A stretch of 64,000 bases of DNA from the human T2T-CHM13v2.0 reference genome, Homo sapiens: the NCBI RefSeq assembly GCF_009914755.1, contig NC_060933.1; one strand, written 5' to 3'. A program made the translations under genes and the position numbers. Under the pieces are notes generated by a model that searched no databases, was not told the DNA's origin, and saw nothing but the letters and a program-made list of their open reading frames with translations. Position 1 is the first letter of the stretch. Each line of letters starts with the position of its first letter. Of this stretch, positions 60,460 to 64,000 are shown in pieces.

Positions 60460-61075
60460 CCCTGTGATTCCATGTGGAGAAAGGGGAACCATCATATACT
60501 ATTGGAAGGAATGTAAATTAGTACAGCCACTATGGAGAAGTACAGAGATTCCTCAAAAAATTAAAAATAGAACTACCTCATGATCCAGCAATTCTATTAC
60601 CAGGTATATATCCAAAATAAAAGAAATCAATATATCCAAGAAATAGCTGCACTCCCATGTTTATTGCAGCACTATTCACAAATAGCCAGAATATGAAATG
60701 AACCTAAATACCCATCGATGAATAAATGAACAAAGAAAGTATGGTGTGTATATGTAATGGAATATCATGCAGCCTTAAAAAGAATGAAGTCCTGTCATTT
60801 GCAGCAACATGGATGGAACGGGAGGCCATTATGTTAAATGAAATAAGTCAGGCATAGAAAGACAAATATCCCATGTCCTCATGCATATGTGGGAGCTAAA
60901 ACAAGTGGATTTCATGAAGATAGAGAGTAGACTGGTGGTTACCAGAGACCCGGAAGGGGAGGCAGGTGGGGGGGAATGAAGGGAGAAAAAAAAGTATTTA
61001 TTACAAATGAACTGTACACTTAAGATTGGTAAAGATAGTAAATTATATAGGCATATTTTACCTCAATGAAAAAGA
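60460..61075 (+). mobile_element. L1MA-type 3' end
   Basis: GTAAATTAGTACAGCCACTATGG, CCTGTCATTTGCAGCAACATGGATGGAAC; possible TSD AGAAGAAAA. Confidence 0.85.
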
Positions 61076-61109
61076 AGAAAAATCTATCATTTCAGTGTTT
61101 TCAGTTTTA

Positions 61110-61423
61110 TTATTTCATTTTAAAAAATATATATTTTTGAGACAGGGTCTCACTCTGTCACCCAGGGTGGAGTACAGTGGTGCGATCTCGGTTCACTGCA
61201 GACTCAGTGTCCTGGGCAAAGTGATCCTCCCACCTTAGCCTCCAAAGGAGCTGTGACTACAGGCATGCACCACCACACCTGGCTAATTTTTGTATTTTTT
61301 TGGGTAGAGATGGAATCTCCCTATGTTGCTCAGGCTGGTCTGAAACTCCTGAGCTTAAGTGATCTGCCTGCCTCGGCCTTCCAAAAGTGCTGGCATTACA
61401 GGTGTAAGCCTCCAAGCCTGGCC
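61110..61423 (-). mobile_element. Alu (AluJ-like)
   Basis: 17-nt TSD CAGTGTTTTCAGTTTTA at 61093-61109 and 61425-61441. Confidence 0.93.
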
Positions 61424-61688
61424 CCAGTGTTTTCAGTTTTAAATATAAAACTGGAAAAAGGTTTTAACTTATTTAAATAGTTCAACATAAATCAGAAACC
61501 TACAAATGCAGGCTTAAAGTACAACAATATATTTAAACACATTTTAAGACTGCCTTCACAGATATAGTGAAGTTCTTTTTTTAAATTTTTGTTCCACAGA
61601 ACCATCAACTTCAACATAGTGAAGTTCTTTGGGTTTGAAAAAGAAAATGAACATAAGCATATAATATTTGACAAGTAAATCTACTTAC

Positions 61689-61737
61689 CATCGTACTGCA
61701 AAAATCCATTTTTATCTGTCTCTATCTCAGACTCTGG
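61689..61737 (-). CDS. NMRK1: NMRK1 coding exon (PESEIETDKNGFLQYD)
   Basis: Acceptor TTCCAG|C, donor ATG|GTAAGT; 49 nt. Confidence 0.93.
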
Positions 61738-61863
61738 CTGGAAAAATAATAAAGTACCCATCAAAACAGTGTGTAGGAAAGAAATAATACAATTATAGAC
61801 TAAAAAGGAGAGAAGTCTTTAATAAATGCTTTGGATGATCAAAGAAAGATCAGCACTGATAGA

Positions 61864-61897
61864 CAGTGCCATCTAGTGGATAAGTAACACCATTGCA
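61864..61897 (-). promoter_or_regulatory. CTCF binding motif (core plus upstream module)
   Basis: Minus strand TGCAATGGTGTTACTTATCCACTAGATGGCACTG; core CCACTAGATGGCAC closely matches the CTCF consensus. Confidence 0.7.
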
Positions 61898-61998
61898 CTG
61901 AGCCTAATTTCAATACAAAACGTAAATCTCTAGCCAAAGACTTCTTGGATGTAATTCAATTAACGTGGTGGTTAAACATTTTTGTATTAAATAAATAA

Positions 61999-62459
<461 letters not shown>

Positions 62460-63089
62460 AAAATTAAACACTTTAAAATAATTTTTTAAGAGGGTATTTA
62501 AAGCAATATTTACTATTTAAGAAAAAAATGATTTCTTTCATAGATAGTGCCTTAAACCACAGGCACTGGTAGATCTGATGTACTTAATAATAAGAAATAA
62601 GCTGGGAAAGATGAAGGAGAAAGGTAACTACCAAGTAAGGGAACTGAGTAACACTAACACTTAAAAATACAGACACTGTGTTGGAAGCAAAATTTTTTTT
62701 GCCTATGTCAAAATATTCACATGGTTCATATGCAACACAGAGAATATGAGTAGCACATTTTAGTGCAAGTGTATAAAACTGCATATGGTCACTGTGATTT
62801 TGCCTCAAGGCACAGTGGAAAAAACAGAGGAGTGGCTTATTACAAGCCCACCTACCATGAAATCACATTTCCTCTGCGATGCCTCCTTTTCCCCATCTCT
62901 CTCCACCTGGGGGCCAGCTGGGAGGTCTGCTGTAGCTTATCACAACAGGCCAGTTATTTGTCTCTTCTGACCGGACTGTGAAGTCCAGGAGAAGGGGCAC
63001 TGAGTTACTCCTCTTTAGATCTAGTTTTGCAGCATCGAGGAGATCACACGGGAGGGAGGCACTTCTCGATTCAGTCATTTATTGAAAGC

Positions 63090-63560
63090 GTGTTTTAACC
63101 TGGGGCTCATGTCTGTGAACATAAGTCAGGGCATCTGTGAACTTGAATGAGAAAAAAATTATACCTTTATTTTCATTGAATTCTGACAGAAATTTAGCAT
63201 CTCCTTTAATTATAAATGTAAGTGATATAAGTACCTCTGACATTCACCAAGAGAAATCACAGATGTTTTCATATTATGTTGCAGTTGGGGTGGATATCTT
63301 GAAGTATCATCGATGTTCATTATTGTTTCTGATTTATGGCATTGTTTAGACCCACTTCTGGCTATTGTTATTTAATATATTAACATAGAAGAGTATATAT
63401 CACAATATCACAAATTTGTTTTTAAAAATATTTTTATAACTATATTTCAATATAACCAATTTCTTTTGTATTCCTGCATTTTATTTTGTACACTTAAAAC
63501 TATTACTCTGAGGTCAAGATTTCACCATACCACCAAAATGTTCACAGCACAAAAACCTCC
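63090..63560. mobile_element. hAT-Charlie remnant (Charlie4a/MER80-like)
   Basis: AGAAATCACAGATGTTTTCATAT block; 3' part aligns by eye to 1-85 plus 414-487. Confidence 0.55.
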
Positions 63561-64000
63561 TGACTACACATCTATTTGTAAGAAACTTTGCTTAATCCCA
63601 GATGAGATCAATCCACAAATACTTATAATCTAGAAAAGGGAAAATGAACTAATATCCATTCATCAAAATGGCTTGTATATAACTCAATTACTACCTTATA
63701 CCTCAAGGTAGAAGGAACCTGATTCACAAGATTTCTCATGTAACCTTACGATATACAATTGGGTAGGATATGGGCCATCTCTTTGAAAACGATGAAAAGT
63801 GAGTGGGTGCTACCCTATGTATCAAGAACATATTATGACTTTTCCCCTTCTTTAACAAAAATGTCTGTAAACCATACCAAATGTCCATAGTTTAGGTATT
63901 AAGTTTTGGTTTAAATGAGATAGTGAACAGGGGTGACTTTATTACAATATGAACAATCTGGCTAGAAAAATCTGTCATTTTTTAGACTTATCTCTGTTAA

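Overview
Human-type genomic DNA (about 40 Alus, L1/L2/MIR, LTRs and DNA transposons) containing parts of two minus-strand genes recognised from their translations. (1) The 5' end of CARNMT1 (C9orf41, carnosine N-methyltransferase 1): CpG-island promoter at about 12.4-13.3 kb and coding exons 1-3 at 12604-12833, 1836-2031 and 851-1014; the gene continues off the left edge. (2) The 3' part of NMRK1 (nicotinamide riboside kinase 1): seven coding exons from 62020-62110 down to the stop at 46080, plus a 3' UTR with three AATAAA signals; the ATG exon lies beyond the right edge. All exon borders were checked by hand for GT/AG and phase continuity. The 32-kb intergenic interval is repeat-dominated, and almost all ORFs in the supplied track are Alu, L1 or low-complexity artefacts. 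I see no evidence of a wholly new gene system. The best leads are: an ancient LF-SINE/MamSINE1-type element in CARNMT1 intron 2 with an intact antisense splice acceptor (candidate poison exon); inverted Alus flanking CARNMT1 exons 2-3, whose 360-nt circle would be a stop-free ORF; a MER85 piggyBac MITE (CSB-PGBD3 target class) in the last NMRK1 intron; an NMRK1 intron read-through frame ending in a hydrophobic tail; CARNMT1 uORFs; a bipartite CTCF site; and a tailless Alu fused to an L1 inside one TSD pair. Repeat subfamily names are from memory of consensus sequences and need RepeatMasker/Dfam confirmation.
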